This document shows positions 25,064 to 39,351 of a stretch of DNA of 64,000 nucleotides, piece by piece. Below the pieces are notes generated by a model that worked only from the letters and a program-made list of their open reading frames with translations, was not told where the DNA came from and searched no databases. A program made the translations under genes and the position numbers. Within the stretch, counting starts at the first letter, position 1; every line of letters begins with the position of its first letter. The DNA lies in the NCBI GenBank assembly GCA_951406725.2, contig OX597815.1, positions 16,306,001 to 16,370,000 of the forward strand. Direction: 5' to 3'. Origin of the DNA: Octopus vulgaris (lineage: Eukaryota).

Positions 25064-26198
25064 TGTTTTTCTATTTTACTTATTTTATTACTGTTGTTCC
25101 TAGGTTTGATGAATATTGTTGATGTAATGTCCTACAGCGGAATGTCCTTCCTGTCACCAAGCTTTACTTGTTCACATATATGCTGTTCAGTTTGACTTTT
25201 GCATAACAGATTACACAACAGGTGGACATTTTTTATAGCAGGCACAAACAATGGCACTTCCACCTAAATGGTGACGCAGTTTGACATGTAGACATGAAAT
25301 GCATGGGATCATCATCATCATCGTTTAACGTCCGCTTTCCATGCTAGCATGGGTTGGATGATTTGACTGAGGGCTGGTGAACCAGATGGCTGACCCAGGC
25401 TTCAATCTTGATCTGGTAGAGTTTCTACAGCTGGATGCCCTTCCTAATGCCAACCATTTCGAGAGTGTAGTGGGTGCTTTTTATGTGCCAGTTCAGCGGT
25501 ACTGACAACGACCTTGCTCAAATCTTTTACACATTCCACCGGCACAGGTGCCAGTAAGGCGATGCTGGTAACAATCATGCTTGTATGGTGTTTTTTACAT
25601 GTCACCAGCACAGAGGTCAGATAGCCACTCTGGCAATGATCACACTCGGATGGTGCTCTTAATACCCAACTAGCATGGGGCTCGAGGGCCAGTAAGGCGA
25701 CGCTGGTAACGATCACACTCGAATGGTGCCTTTTAGGTGCCACTGGCATGGTAGCTGGTTAGTCGCTCTGTCAATGATCACACTTGTATGGTGCTCTTTG
25801 CACCCCGCTAGCATGGTAGGTTGTTATTTAGAGCATAACCTGACATCATCATCATCATCATCGTTTAACGTCCGCTTTCCATGCTGGCATGGGTTGGACA
25901 GTTCAACTGGGGTCTGGGAAACCAGAAGGCTGCGCCAGGCCCAGTCTGATCTGGCAATATTTCTATAGCTGGATGCCCTTCCTAACGCCAACCACTCCGT
26001 GAGTGTAGTGGGTGCTTTTTACGTGCCGCCGGCACAGGTGCCAGATGAGGCTGGCAAACAACCACGGTCGGATGGTGCTTTTTACGTGCCACCGGCACAC
26101 TTGTTAAAAATTCATATTTCTAAAATAACTATGAAGCTGTGAAAATTCAGTGTATTCTCAACACAACATTATCCAACTTAACACAACTGTTTACTTAC

Positions 26199-26343
26199 TG
26201 ATTTCATCGTAAAAATACTGAGGTGGTTTGCGGTGGTCGTTTGCTAAAACTTGACGTGCTACATCTTCAAAGACAACAGGACGAGCTTCCAAATTCATCA
26301 TCAACATGGACTGGAGTTGAGTCTTGGCTCTATTTAATTCCTC
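26199..26343 (-). CDS. PMPCA: PMPCA exon 11 ([33 protein letters not shown]...)
   Basis: TAG/GTAAGT, 145 nt; ELxRAKxQL...MNLE motif. Confidence 0.97.
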
Positions 26344-27088
26344 CTAGAAAATATACAAGAATTGCAAATTGAGATATGAAACAGAACACTAAAAGCGTTT
26401 TTAATATATAAACTTCATAGTTACTACCATAACAACAATGTACAACCAGGGTCATAGTGGTTACTGTCTGGAGATATGAAATAGCACACCAGTTAGCCCC
26501 AACTATGAACTACAATAAAAGTCCACAAATTTGTGGAGAAGGATTGATTAAATTGATATCAGTACATGATTGACAGTTTATTAAAATATCTGTAGTTTTA
26601 GTAGAATCATCATCATCATCATCATTTAACGTCCGCTTTCCATGCTAGCATGGGTTGGATGATTTTGACTGAGGGCTGGCAAACCAGATGGCTGCACCAG
26701 GCTCCAATCTTGATCTGGCAGAGTTTAAACAGTTGGATGCCCTTCCTAACACCAACCACTCTGAGAGTGTAGTGAGTGCTTTTTACGTGCCACCGGCACT
26801 GGGGCCAATCAGGTGGTACTGGCAATGACGTCGCTCAAATCTTTTTACACATGCCACCAGCACAGGTGCCAGTAAGGCGACACTGGTAACAATCAGGCTC
26901 AAATGGTGCACTTTTATGTGCCACCGGCACAAAAGCCAGTTAGCCGCTCTGGCAACGATCACACTCGGATGGTGCTCTTGGCACCCTACTAGCATGGGCA
27001 CAAGTGCCATGAAAATAATTATGTGGGTCAGAAAAAATATGGTTAGGAATGAAATAAGAGATAGAGATATAAAAAAAATCTTTCTCAC

Positions 27089-27151
27089 CTCACTTACTGA
27101 ACCAGCAGTTAGAACCATTTCTCGAAGAATGACTTCAACAACATGGCGCAG
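27089..27151 (-). CDS. PMPCA: PMPCA exon 10 (LRHVVEVILREMVLTAGSVSE)
   Basis: CAG/GTGAGA, 63 nt. Confidence 0.92.
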
Positions 27152-28444
27152 CTGGAAAAAGAGAGACAAAATATCTAATGTCATAATACCACTAAGTCTA
27201 AATGACAACATAATAGATATAGCAAGGTCTAAATGATACACAGTACCAATAATGGAGATATGCAAAGAAAAATGAGGAAATGTGTGCAGAGTATCAGACA
27301 ACTGGAGAGTGGAATCAAGAAGGAATGTATATGGCAGAAGACTCCATAGCAGTTTGATAGCTTTTGTTATCTATGCTAGAAGGAGTTGGACAAGATGGTA
27401 ACAAGGTTTTTCTCTCCCAGAGTAAAGAGAAGCTTGTTTGATGCATGTGTATGAAATCATCATCCTCATCATCATCATTGTTTAATGTCAGCTTTCCATG
27501 CTGGCATGGGTTGGACGATTTTGACTGAGGGCTGGCGAACCAGATGGCTGCACCAGGCTTCACTCTTGATCTGGCAGAGTTTCTACAGCTGGATGCCCTT
27601 CCTAATGCCAACCTCTCCGAGAGTGTAGTGGGTGCTTTTTACATGCCACTGGCACAGGTGCCAGTCAGGTGGTACTGGCAACGACCTCGCTTGAATCTTT
27701 TTACACATGCCACCGGCACAAGTGCTAGTAAGGTGACGCTGGTAACGATCACACTTGAATGGTGTCTTCTATGTGCCAATGGCACAGAAACTGGTTAGCC
27801 GCTCTATCAACGATCACACTCGTATGGTGCTGTGATGCTGAATGCAGAGAATTTGCAAAAACTAGAAAGAAATGAAGTGAGTGTGTTATCCTGTGTGTGC
27901 AATGTTAGTATGCAAAAATAAGCCAGAAAAAAGATGTGATATGCTAGAGAGAACACTGCTGGCATGGTTATGTGATGTACATAAAAATATGTAAGTTATA
28001 TGAAGAAGTGCTGAGCACCCAAACAGAAGGAATCTATGGGAAAAAGGAGTCCTAGGAAGACATGAGATGAAGTGGTGGAGACTGTAATCTCAAAGAGCCT
28101 GGAAAGTAAGCAATAAGTGCTAATAAATTCAGTGGCTTTCATCATCATCATCATCATTGTTTAACATCCATTTTCCATGCTAGAACGGGTTGGACAGTTC
28201 GACCGGGGTCTGGGAACCAAGGAGGCTGCATCAAGCTCCTGTCTGATCTGGTAGTGTTTCTACAGCTTGATGCCCTTCCTAACATCAACCACTCCGTGAG
28301 TGTAGTGGGTGCTTTTTACGTGCCAGGGGAGGCTGGCAATGGCCACGATCGGTTGGTGCTTTTTACGTGCCACCACTTTGTTGTTTACAATGTACAAGGA
28401 ACAATGGTATGTAAATACCTTACTTGGAAAGTTAAGTTAAGTTA

Positions 28445-28860
28445 ATTTTTTTGGCTCAAAAAGCAAAAAGCAAGGCCATGTAGGGGGACATTGAGTTATG
28501 TACAGGGAGGGTGTTCATGCAAAGAGTTCAGGCCATTTCTGGTCAAGAGAGACTTTGAACCGAGCGGTCGTCGGCATCTTCACTATCTCTTCCGGCAGCT
28601 TATTCCACGGATCCGCAACCTGGACGAAGAAAGCCCCTCTCCTTCGATTGAGATGAAATCGTCGCAGATAGAGCTTTTCGGAGTGACCCCGCAGCCGATG
28701 CTCTGGAGCAGGAGTGAAGAACAGCTCTTTCGAGAGGTTACACTTTCTGCTTATGATGTTGTGAGCAAGAATGAGATCACCATGGCGTCGTCGTTTTTCT
28801 AGAGAATAAAGGTCGAGTGTCTTCAGCCTTTCTTCATAAGACAAATGCTTGAAGAGGCTG
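28445..28860 (-). mobile_element. CR1/L2-group LINE 3' fragment
   Basis: SYEERLKTLDLYSLEKRRRHGDLI...LRGHSEKL...WNKLP motif. Confidence 0.85.
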
Positions 28861-29072
28861 TAGTAAATATACAAGTACTGTCTAACCCAAGCTAGCATGG
28901 AACAATGATGAAAATGTGAAAATGAAAAAAAATAAAGGTAGCAGAAAATACATTTGATACAAAGTTAACAAACTTCTACAAATGTTCAGTTTTATATTTA
29001 TTTATGAAACAAAAGTGTTATATTAAATTGCACTGAATTTTTACAAAGAATGTATTTATATAATTTACTTAC

Positions 29073-29163
29073 TTGTGATGGATGTGCACTGGCATGAATA
29101 CAAAAGAGACCAGTGTCATCGTAAGCATGGTTGTAGGCTGTAGCATTGAACATCCAATGATGT
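29073..29163 (-). CDS. PMPCA: PMPCA exon 9 (HHWMFNATAYNHAYDDTGLFCIHASAHPSQ)
   Basis: CAG/GTAAGT, 91 nt; YxDTGLF motif. Confidence 0.96.
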
Positions 29164-31992
29164 CTGTTGAACAGAGAATCAAAGATAAACAGATTAATAT
29201 GCAGAACATTTACTTCTGTTGGACTATTTTCAGAAATACTTTCAATATTTATAAAAGTAACAGTAATGACTTTTGTTTTTAATTAGCACAGTTCAGGTTG
29301 ATAAACTATAGATGAGAAAATGCATATTAGCTGCAAATAGTACCTGACTGTAATATGCTCTGAACCTGTCAATGTGAGCTTTGAATTTCATCCTTTTGAC
29401 ATTGGTAAAATAAGTACCAGTAATATACTAGTGTTAACTGCATAACTGTCCACTATCAAAATATTAGTCTTGAATATAAATCAAAACTGAAAATAAATTA
29501 TTAATCATTATCATTATTGTTTAACATCCGTTTTCCATACTGGCATGGGTTGGACGATTTTGACTGAGGGCTGGCAAACTAGATGGCTACACCAGGCTTC
29601 AATCTTGGTCTGGCAGTATTACTACTGCTGCATGCCCTTCCTAACGCCAGCCATTCTGAGAGTGTAGTGGGTGCTTTTTACATGCCACTGCCACAGGATC
29701 CAGGAATTTCCAGCTGCCTTCTATGTCACAGGACTGTAGCTCCTCCTCCCTATCATCAAATTTCTTGATGTATACAAAAGTGAAAGAGAAGAATCTGAAG
29801 TGAGATTTTTGGAAGCTCCCAGAGATGAGAGATTCTTGGATTTGAAAACGAAAATTGGCAATGAAACTATTTGTGTTGCCTTCAGGTTTTTAAAATTTAA
29901 ATTAAATGCATTTGTGAACAATAACCTTATTGGATGTTTTGAGCCTAATGACTGGGGCAACAGGCAATCAATGACATTAGGAAGGGCATCCAGCCATAGA
30001 AACCATGCCAAAGCTGATACTGGAGCTCAACACAGTCCTGCAACTTGCTGGATCCTGTCAAACTGTCCAACTTATGCCAGCACAGAAAACGGATGTTAAA
30101 TAATGATGGATCAGTTAATCTAATAAAAACTGAAAATAGAATAAAAATATTCATCACAGAAAACATGTTAGGTGCTTTTTTTGTCTTTTTCAGCTGTCTT
30201 TCACAGAATTCCTAAATATATAGTATTATTAACAAATGGTGCAAGCTTTGTTTTGTGGTTAAGAAGTTGTTTGTTAACCACATGGTTCCAAGTTCAATTG
30301 CAATGTACTATACTTTGGACAAGTATCTTCATTCATAGCACTGAATTGACAAATCCCTTATATACAGAATTTGGATGACAGAAAGTAAGCAGAAGCTCAT
30401 TGTGTATGTATATATGTTTGCACAAATGTAAAAATGTATATATATCATCATCATCGTTTAATGTCCACTTCCCACACTAGCATGGGTTGGACGATTTGAC
30501 TGAGGGCTGGTGAACCAGATGGCTGCATCAGGCTCCAATCTGATCTGGCAGAGTTTCTACAGCTGGATGCCCTTCCTAAAGCCAACCACTCCGAGAGTGT
30601 AGTGGGTGCTTTTACATGCCACTGGCACAGGGCCAGTCAGGTGGTACTGGCAATGACAACGCTCGAATGGTTTTACCCATGCTACCAGCAAAAGTGCCAG
30701 TAAGGCGACGCTGGTATATAAATATCAATGAAAAAAAACCCCAATAAATCATTGTTTTGAACAGAAATCCCTAGTGATATTTATTCAAACTCACATCATT
30801 CTCACAGTCAGAAATGCACTGAATAGGTAACTGACCCACTGGAAGCCTGTAACCATTGACGCTATGGCTCCAAAAATATGATAAAAGAAAAAAAACCTAT
30901 TTTAATGTAGTTAATTTGGGTTACAATTGCTCTAAATAATATATTGAAGATCTAAATTGATTCAGATAATTGAAATTTCACCATCAGGCAATACTTCATC
31001 ATCATCATTTAGCGTCCGCTTTCCATGCTAGCATGGGTTGGACGGTTCAACTGGGGTCTGGGAAACCAGAGGGCTGCACCAGGCCCAGTCTGATCAGGCA
31101 ATATTTCTACGGCTGGACGCCCTTCCTAACGCCAACCACTCCGTGAGTGTAGTGGGTGCTTTTTACGTGCCACCCGCACAGGTGCCAGGCGAGGCTGGCA
31201 ACGGCCACGAACGGATGGCGCTTTTTACGTGCCACCGGCACAGAGGCCAGTCGGGGTGGCGCTGGCAACGGCCACGATCGGATGGTTCGCTTATTTGTCA
31301 CCGGCACTGGTATCACAGCTGCAATTTCCATTGATGTTGATCGACTTCGATTTTGGTTCTGCTTTCTGATATCTGATTTGATTTGATTTGATTTTGATTT
31401 TGATTTGCAGATAGTATCCAGAATCAATGTAAGGCACCTAGTTTAGAATTTCTTTCTATTTTGTCTTGCATGTATAGAAGAATTCATTTCTTTAGCAAAA
31501 TATGACATTGAGATACTAATGTTTTGTGCAACCAAGTGTCCTTTATAACCATTCAACTACATTGTCAACTGGGTACACTTAGGTGAGAAAACCAATATAC
31601 CTTGTGTAGGAAAACACACTGGTTACAGCTGTCTAACCAATCTTGGCCTCTGCCAGCCCACCAACCAATCGTGGTCGCTGCCAGCCTCCCCTGGCACCTG
31701 TGTTGGTGGAATGTAAAAAGCACCCACTACACCCTCGGAGTGGTTGGCGTTAGGAAGAGCATCCAGCTGTAGAAACTCTGCCAGATCAGACTGGAGCCTG
31801 GTGCAGCCTCCTGGCTTCCCAGATCCCCGGCCGAACTGTCCAACCCATGCTAGCACGGAAAACGGACGTTAAACGATGATGATGATGTGTTGTTTGGCAG
31901 TAACTGTATGTGTGTGTGTGTGTAATATTTAGGCAGGTGTGTAGTGTGTTTGGCAATCAATAAATCCCAAAGACAAAATCAGCAATACTTAC

Positions 31993-32204
31993 TTATTCAG
32001 AACATTGAGGTAGAGTCGTGTGTACATGCCTTTTCCAGGGCCACCAGCTGAGAATGAACCCCCACCTCCCATCAGCATGTTCAGCACACAGAAAGCAATG
32101 AAGTCATCATCTTTGTGAGAACAGCTTTCAAGACCCAGGACAAAATGAGCCAATTCTGGCATCGGCGTGGGTCCTAAACTGACATTAGACAAGTCTTTCT
32201 CAAC
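31993..32204 (-). CDS. PMPCA: PMPCA exon 8 (glycine-rich loop [25 protein letters not shown])
   Basis: CAG/GTAAGT, 212 nt; diagnostic alpha-MPP loop. Confidence 0.98.
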
Positions 32205-32419
32205 CTGAAACAAACAAAATAAGACATTTCAATATCACCTAAGTCAGTTCTTTCACTGAAACGAATAGCAGGCTTTAATACCAAATTCAGTTATTTCACT
32301 GATATAAAAGTTGTATTTCATAAATGAATTGCATCAACAAGAGAAAAGTATTTATAACAGGGACATTATTCTTCATTTTAAATTTAATGAAACTTTTTCA
32401 ATGTTATTCTTCTCTACTC

Positions 32420-32995
32420 TAGGCAGAAGGCCCCAAATCTTTGGGGATGGGGTCAGTCAATTAGATTGCCCCCAGTATGCAACTTAATAATTTATCTTAA
32501 TTTATTGACCCCAAAAGGATGAAAGGCAAAGTTGACCTCAGTGGAATTTGAACTGTGAATGTAAAGACAGACAAAATACCTATTTCTTTACTACCCACAA
32601 GGGGCTAAACACAGAGAGGACAAACAAGGACAGACAAACGGATTAAGTCGATTATATCGACCCCAGTGCGTAACTGGTCCTTAATTTATCAACCCCGAAA
32701 GGACAAAAGACAAAGTTGACCTCAGTGGAATTTGAACTCAGAATGTAAAGACAGACGAAATACCTATTTCTTTACTACCCACAAGGAGCTAAACACAGAG
32801 GGGACAAACAAGGACAGACAAACGGATTAAGTTGATTATATCGACCCCAGTGCGTAGCTGGTCCTTAATTTATCAACCCCGAAAAGACAAAAGACAAAGT
32901 TGACCTCAGCGGAATTTGAACTCAGAATGTAAAGACAGACGAAATACCGCTAAGCATTTTGCCCGGTGTGCTAACATTTCTGCCAGCTTGCCACC
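32420..32995 (-). repeat. Tandem trimer of the Deu/Nin-like SINE unit
   Basis: Junctions AAATACCTATTTC at about 32574 and 32757. Confidence 0.8.
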
Positions 32996-33915
32996 TTATC
33001 TTTTCCAACGAACTTACTAAAATAATGATTTAGTTTCTGGATATTGCTACTTATAGAGAGAGAGAACTCCTAGCAGCTACACCCTTAATATTGCTACAGT
33101 ATTTATGTTTATAATTTTCACTTCAAATACTGTTGATATGTATGTATTTTCTCCAAATTAGTTTAGCATAAAATGAAAAAAAGAAGTACTTTAACAATGT
33201 TTTCACTAAAAAAAAAAAAAAACATTCTTTAAGAAAAATTCAAAATAGAAGCATTCCACTAGAAGCTTTCTAAAAATGGTAAAACTAGTAATCATTAACA
33301 GTACAACTTGAATGATTGGTAGCTTATAAAATGTTTTAATGAATTCAGGAAAGCATCTCCAATGAATGTATGTCAGATAGTCACTCACATTGGCTAGATA
33401 CGAAAAAATATGGTCAATACTACTTTTAAGGACCATTACAAATCACTGTTGGTAAGATCAGTGGAGCTGCAGACAAATTATTTTCCAGCTTCATCCCATC
33501 AAAACTGACTTTCATCTTTCCAAGATAGATAAAATAAGTACTGGTGCTGATGTAACCAATTAAATGTGACACTAAAATGTAGAGTCTCATGTTTATGCAA
33601 GAAATCCTTATTATTAATGTGAGAGTGGTGGATTGGCAGAACCATTAGAGCATAAAGCAAAATGCTTTTTGGTAATTGTTTCCATTTTCTAAATACATTC
33701 TGAGTTCAACTTTGCCTTTCATCCTTCCAGGGTTAATAAAATAAAGTATCTGTCAAGTACTGATGTAAATATAATCAACTGCTTCTTGTCTCTCAAATTT
33801 CTGGCCTCGTAAAAAATAGCAGGTAAAAAATAGCAGGTACTTGTCTCTTGTTCAACTCTGTCTACAATTTGGAAGGACACATTGGTTATCCTAGATATTA
33901 TATGTACAAAAAAGA

Positions 33916-34360
33916 AGGCAGTGAGCTGGCAGATGAAATATCTATTTCTTTACTACCCACAAGGGGCTAAACACAGAGGGGACAAACAAGGACAGACAAA
34001 CGGATTAAGTCGATTATATTGACTTCAGTGCGTAACTGGTACTTAATTTATCGACCCCGAAAGGATGAAAGGCAAAGTCGACCTCGGAGGAATTTGAACT
34101 CAGAATGTAACGGCAGATGAAATACAGCTATGCATTTTGCCCGGCGTGCTAACGTTTCTGCCAGCTTGCCGCCTTCAGGCAGAAGCATTACCATGCTGGG
34201 CAAAATGCTTCATGGCATTTCTTTTGGTTACTTATGTTCTGAGTTCAAATGCCACCAAGGTCAACTTCCCCTTTCATCCTATAAGTACCAGTCAAGTACT
34301 GGAGTCCATGTAATTGACTAGCCCCCACCTCCCATAAAATCGTTGGCTTTGTACCAAAAT
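33916..34360. mobile_element. Older plus-strand SINE interrupted by a younger minus-strand copy (about 33934-34173)
   Basis: Head GGCAGTGAGCTGGCAGA resumes at about 34178 with GGCAGA duplicated. Confidence 0.7.
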
Positions 34361-34533
34361 TAGAAAGTATTATATGTATAAAAAATAACAACAAAAACTG
34401 TGGAATACATCTGATGAAAGGTTTGCTCAAGCTGAGCTGACCTGGGGTTAAACAGTAATCTTAATAGTGGTATAGCTTTTACAGTAACTATTACAGAAAT
34501 GAGATTTCTAAGCTGTAGAAATGTGAGATTTAC

Positions 34534-34812
34534 CTTGACAAGGCCTCCAGTGTACTGTGCTATAGATTTGTCTGCACCATTGGTGGGTTTAATTAAAGAC
34601 ATGTCTTCACTCCAGGAAGGAGTAACATTGAGGAAATATTCTTCTGCTAAAGCTACCAGAGCCTCGTGGTCCATACCAACACCAGCCAGTACCATGCGGT
34701 CAGGTGAATGATGATTGTGGAGATATGTGTAGAGTAATTCTTTGTTAATGATGGAAACATTTTCGCTTGGGCAAATCTTGGGCAGACCTAAAGTATTATT
34801 TTGAAAAGCAGC
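34534..34812 (-). CDS. PMPCA: PMPCA exon 7 (AAFQNNTLGLPKICP...RMVLAGVGMDH...IAQYTGGLVK)
   Basis: TAG/GTAAAT, 279 nt; overlaps ORF 34360..34695. Confidence 0.97.
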
Positions 34813-34890
34813 CTAAAAATAGATAAACAAATCTCCAAAAATAAGAAAGTTTAAGAAAATATAAAAAAGTTTAAGAAAAAAATAGTTTAA

Positions 34891-35111
34891 CCCTTTCGTC
34901 ACCAACCCAGCTGAAACCAGCTCTGGCCCTCTAGTATAAATGTCTTGTTTTCATAAGTTTTGAATTCAAATCTTCCACCAAACCTTAGTCACAATTTATG
35001 TTCCTAACACTAGCTCAATGATAATGATGCTATTTTACTAAATTCTTTGTTATATTTAAAATAATTGGAAGAAACACAGAGCATCTCAAAATAAATACAG
35101 TAACAAAAGGG
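34891..35111. mobile_element. piggyBac-type MITE family B
   Basis: TTAA TSD, CCCTTT TIRs, 221 bp. Confidence 0.8.
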
Positions 35112-35529
35112 TTAAGAGAAAATAAGTAAGTTTAAGAAATATACAAATATAAAATTTCTGATGATGAGATTCATGCATTCTAAGACAAGACCTGTAAGGA
35201 TTATGTCAAACAATTCATGAATCGGTATAGGATACTTGAACACTTCCTGCAATTTTGAGTAAATAAATTTCTTTTAATTCAATCAACCACAACAAAAAGT
35301 ATCAGTTCAACATTGTCCGAGTGTGGTAAACTCAAGAGAAAACAACCTATTAATCAAAACAGACATCCAAATGAATACTGAATGTCGAAAAGGTTTTTCT
35401 TTTCCTACTTGCTTTAGAATAATGCTGGCATGGGCTGGACGATTTGACTGAGGACTGGCGAGCCAGAAGGCTGCACCAGGCACCAGTCTGATCTGGCAAA
35501 GGTTTTGCCAAATCAGACTAGTTTTAGCC

Positions 35530-35890
35530 ATTTATAAGTAGTCATCTTTCCCTTTGCTTGGAGAGGATGTAATCAATTTGACTAGTGTGTCTACCAGATC
35601 AGTAGGTGACTAGGTGACTGGCAGGTTTCCAGAAGTTACTATTGCAAACCATAAGATTATTTGCATTGCAGAACTCCAGCAGCCTGGTTCCCTCCTCATT
35701 GCAGGAATCAAAACCATAGCCTCCATGTATACCATGGAAGCCCCCTGCATGTTGTCCAACATGCCCATTGAAATCACCAGCTACAAAGAGAAGGTCTCTG
35801 TCATTCGTCGACAAGGTTGTCATAAAATCGGTCTTTCTGTCCATCAGGTAGCCCTGGCTGAGGGGCATAGGCCGAGATAATGGTTGCTAA
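35530..35890 (-). mobile_element. RTE LINE apurinic-like endonuclease fragment
   Basis: LFVAGDFNGHVG...NEEGTRLLEFC...TY..G....QIDYI motifs. Confidence 0.85.
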
Positions 35891-35892
35891 CT

Positions 35893-36460
35893 GTGGACGC
35901 CCCCAGACGATAAGTAGGCTAGTCCAATACGTATAAATAGTGGACGTGATAGCTAGTTGTGGAAGCGCTGCGTAGTGTGAGCCAGAGCTGTCAGCAGACT
36001 AGACGTTGAGTTCTGTTGAGTCGAGTTGTCGGAAGTAAGAGTTTGGTAGTTGAGTAGAGGTACGTTATTGGTGAAGGCATGCCATCCGAACGTGCGATAT
36101 AACAGTGGTGACGAGGTTTCAAATAGTACCGAAATGGAAGAGTTACTGAAAGCAGTTGTGAAAAACAACAAGAGCAGCAACTACAGATGTTAACAGAATT
36201 GTTACTGCAGTCGAGAAATACGACAGAATCATCTTCAACAGACTCTGACACGGACTGTGACACATTCACCTTATTACATAGTGTATTCAGTGGTAGATCC
36301 CACAGGTCGAATTCTTCCATTAAATTTGTCCCGAACAGATTCATTGTATTCTTAGATACCATTAGTTTACTTTTTTGCGTTATGTTTTGCAAAACAGCAA
36401 TGCTGCTGGTGTCAGGGAATAACATGATAATAGTGAGATAGAATTGAAAATCTTAGAGTT
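35893..36460 (-). mobile_element. Gypsy-like LTR retrotransposon remnant
   Basis: NLFGTNLMEEFDLWDLPLNTLCNKV resembles the C-terminal end of a Gypsy protease; adjacent LTR-like sequence starts TGTGG. Confidence 0.5.
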
Positions 36461-36828
36461 TTCGGTCAGTCAATCTGGGATAAAAAGTGACAATGTGACA
36501 AAATTAAATAAATGAATGAATAGGTGACGATAATAAATGTGTGTGAAAGAGGGAGAATTGGATTGAGTGAAGGGAACTTAAGTTTGTTTTTAAAACATAA
36601 TAGCATGGAAGACGAAACTATGTTTACATAGGTAATGAAATAGATAGAATAATGTAAAGAACTAATAAGGGGATTATGATCTGTGCAGGAAGAGAGGTGT
36701 TAGACTTCTTATCTGAACATCTTCTGGATTTGTATTCTTTTGGCAGGGTTGTAAGAGATTATGATTGTTTAAGTAATGATGAGAAAATATAAATCAATGC
36801 TTGTTATATTACAGCAAGCTACACTTAC

Positions 36829-36921
36829 AGAATGGATATATTCCATTAACAGTGGTTCTGGTTCTGGTTTCATATTTAAAGCTTCAAGTTCAAAGTTGAT
36901 CATACACCTAACATCTTCCAA
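36829..36921 (-). CDS. PMPCA: PMPCA exon 6 (LEDVRCMINFELEALNMKPEPEPLLMEYIHS)
   Basis: CAG/GTAAGT, 93 nt. Confidence 0.95.
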
Positions 36922-37755
36922 CTGAAAGAAAAAGAAAGTTTCCCAAAGAGAGTGATAATTATAATTTATCAACAACATTGGTACAAATAATTAGCAGGGA
37001 ATAAACAATATATAGAACAGAAAAAACAACAATTCCACAGAAAACACTGGTCCACAACACAATTTACCTCCTGATGCTCAACCATATATATATTAGGTAA
37101 GTTCTGTAGTTCCACTGCACATATACAGATATACTGATACATAAATATTATGCGTAGTTACATTGTCCACATAGATATACTGTGTGGTTACACTGTCCTT
37201 CTATAAACATACTGTGTTAATGCTCCCTTTCAGCATGGTAAAAGTATCACAAGATCCTACTTTATTCCTTCTCTTTAGAAATCAATAATTAAAAACTATT
37301 GTAGTAGCTATGCAATAATATTTTTATGACAGTTTATTTCAACCAACATTTTAAAAATTTAATCTTTTTACTTATTTTTCTATGAATAGTCCCACAATAC
37401 TATTTCAACCACCATCACCATCACTACCAATCTACATTTTACTTTTTTCTTTAACACCCAGGATATTTCAACTTTTCTCAATGAACTCCAAATTCCTGAC
37501 AATTCATTTTTTTCTATTCTTTCCTTGGGTTTTGTTTTGCTAGTTTGGGGTCAGTTTTCAAATGACATTTTTTTCCCAAATATTTTCAATAGTTTAAAAT
37601 TAATAACACATGCACAGACACTAAAATTGTGAAGACTTCTGTTAGATTAATCAAAAGTTATTATCTCAAGTGACAATATTAAACTAATTGCCAATTTTAA
37701 AATTTCAGTGTATAATGGACAAATGATAGCTGAGATGATATGAATAAAGACAAAC

Positions 37756-37858
37756 CTCGTCCTGAGTAAGTCTTGGTTTTAAAACCACTTCTGACAGAAT
37801 GTCAATAACAGATGGAAGACTGGCAGTTTTAGCTGACATGGCATAGATCAGTGTGTCT
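37756..37858 (-). CDS. PMPCA: PMPCA exon 5 (DTLIYAMSAKTASLPSVIDILSEVVLKPRLTQDE)
   Basis: CAG/GT, 103 nt. Confidence 0.93.
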
Positions 37859-39268
37859 CTGAAATAACAAGTTTTAGGCATATAAATATATGAAGTTCTA
37901 TTTTTCATGCTATCTTCATGTGTGTATGTGTGAGTGTATGTGAGTGCATGTGATGAGTATATGATGAGCATATTTGTGTGTGTGTAGAAATAACAGCTAG
38001 GACGTTAAAGGATGATGATGATGATATATATACACACACACACACAGTGCTTGAGGAGACCTATTGAGTCAAGTACATCAACATAAAAAAATCAAATGGA
38101 AATTGTAGTTGTGATACCTGTGCCGGTGGCATGTAAAAATCACCCACTACACTCACGGAGTGATTGGCGTTAGGAAGGGTATCCAGCTGTAGAAACACTG
38201 CCAGATCAGACTGGACTCTGATGCAGCCTCCTGGCTTCCCAGACCCCAGTCGAACCATCCAACTCATGCTAGCATGGAAAACGGACGTTAAACGATGATG
38301 ATGGTGATGATATCCTTCAAATTCTACTATCATAAAAAAAAGATAAACTGAAAAATATAGTCCTTGATACACTATCATCTTTATCTCATCACAGGCAGTG
38401 ATTTACAACTCAAAGCCAACTCCTTAAGATGCCTCTCACAACACACAACAATATGGTGCATTTATTCTAAAAACTGGAACATAAATATCCCAGTTTTTAG
38501 AATAACTACATCATTATTTGAAGAAATAAAAAGATGTGACAGCCATGGATGAAAGGCTTTTGATCATAGATCTGGAGCAGTCTTTCAAAGATGATTATGT
38601 TTGAAAACCACATGGTGGTGCACAATGTTCAATCTAAATCTTAAGGAATTCATCATCATCATCATTTAACGTCTGTTTTCCATGCTAGCATGGGTTGGAT
38701 GGTTTGACCAGGGTCTGGGAAGCCAGGAGGCTGCACCAGGCTCCAGTGTGATCTGGCAGTGTTTCTACAGCTGGATGCCCTTCCTAACGCCAACCACTCC
38801 ATGAGTGTAGTGGGTGCTTTTTACGTGCCAGGCGAGGCTGGCAACGGCCACGATCAGTTGGTGGTTTTTACGTGCCACCGACACGGAAGCCAGTCGAGGC
38901 AGCGCTGGCATCGGCCATGTTCGGATGGTGCATTTTATGTGCCACTGGCACAGGGATCACAACTACAATTTCCATTTGATTTTTTGATGTTGATGTACTT
39001 GACTCAAATTTAATAAAACATTAGAGATTTGTGAACTTGTGAAAACAGGCTACTTAGCAATGAGAATACCTCTATATGGTCACCTGATTTGCTAAAAATA
39101 GCAGTCATATTTCATCTCAGACTACAACTTAGTGTCTTAACCTGCAGCATAATGTTCTGGAAACATTATGTTTTAAAAAAGACAGGATGATCAGAGCGTT
39201 AATGTTCAGTCTGACAAATCAGGACTGACCCAGGGCCCAATAACAACAACTGGCTGCTAGCAACTCAC

Positions 39269-39351
39269 CTGGAACCTTGACAATCACTGATTCCACCATG
39301 TTTCTCAAGTTCCTGCAGAATGTCATCTCGGTTTTTGAATTTGGCAGTTGA
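39269..39351 (-). CDS. PMPCA: PMPCA exon 4 (STAKFKNRDDILQELEKHGGISDCQGS)
   Basis: TAG/GTGAGT, 83 nt. Confidence 0.95.
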
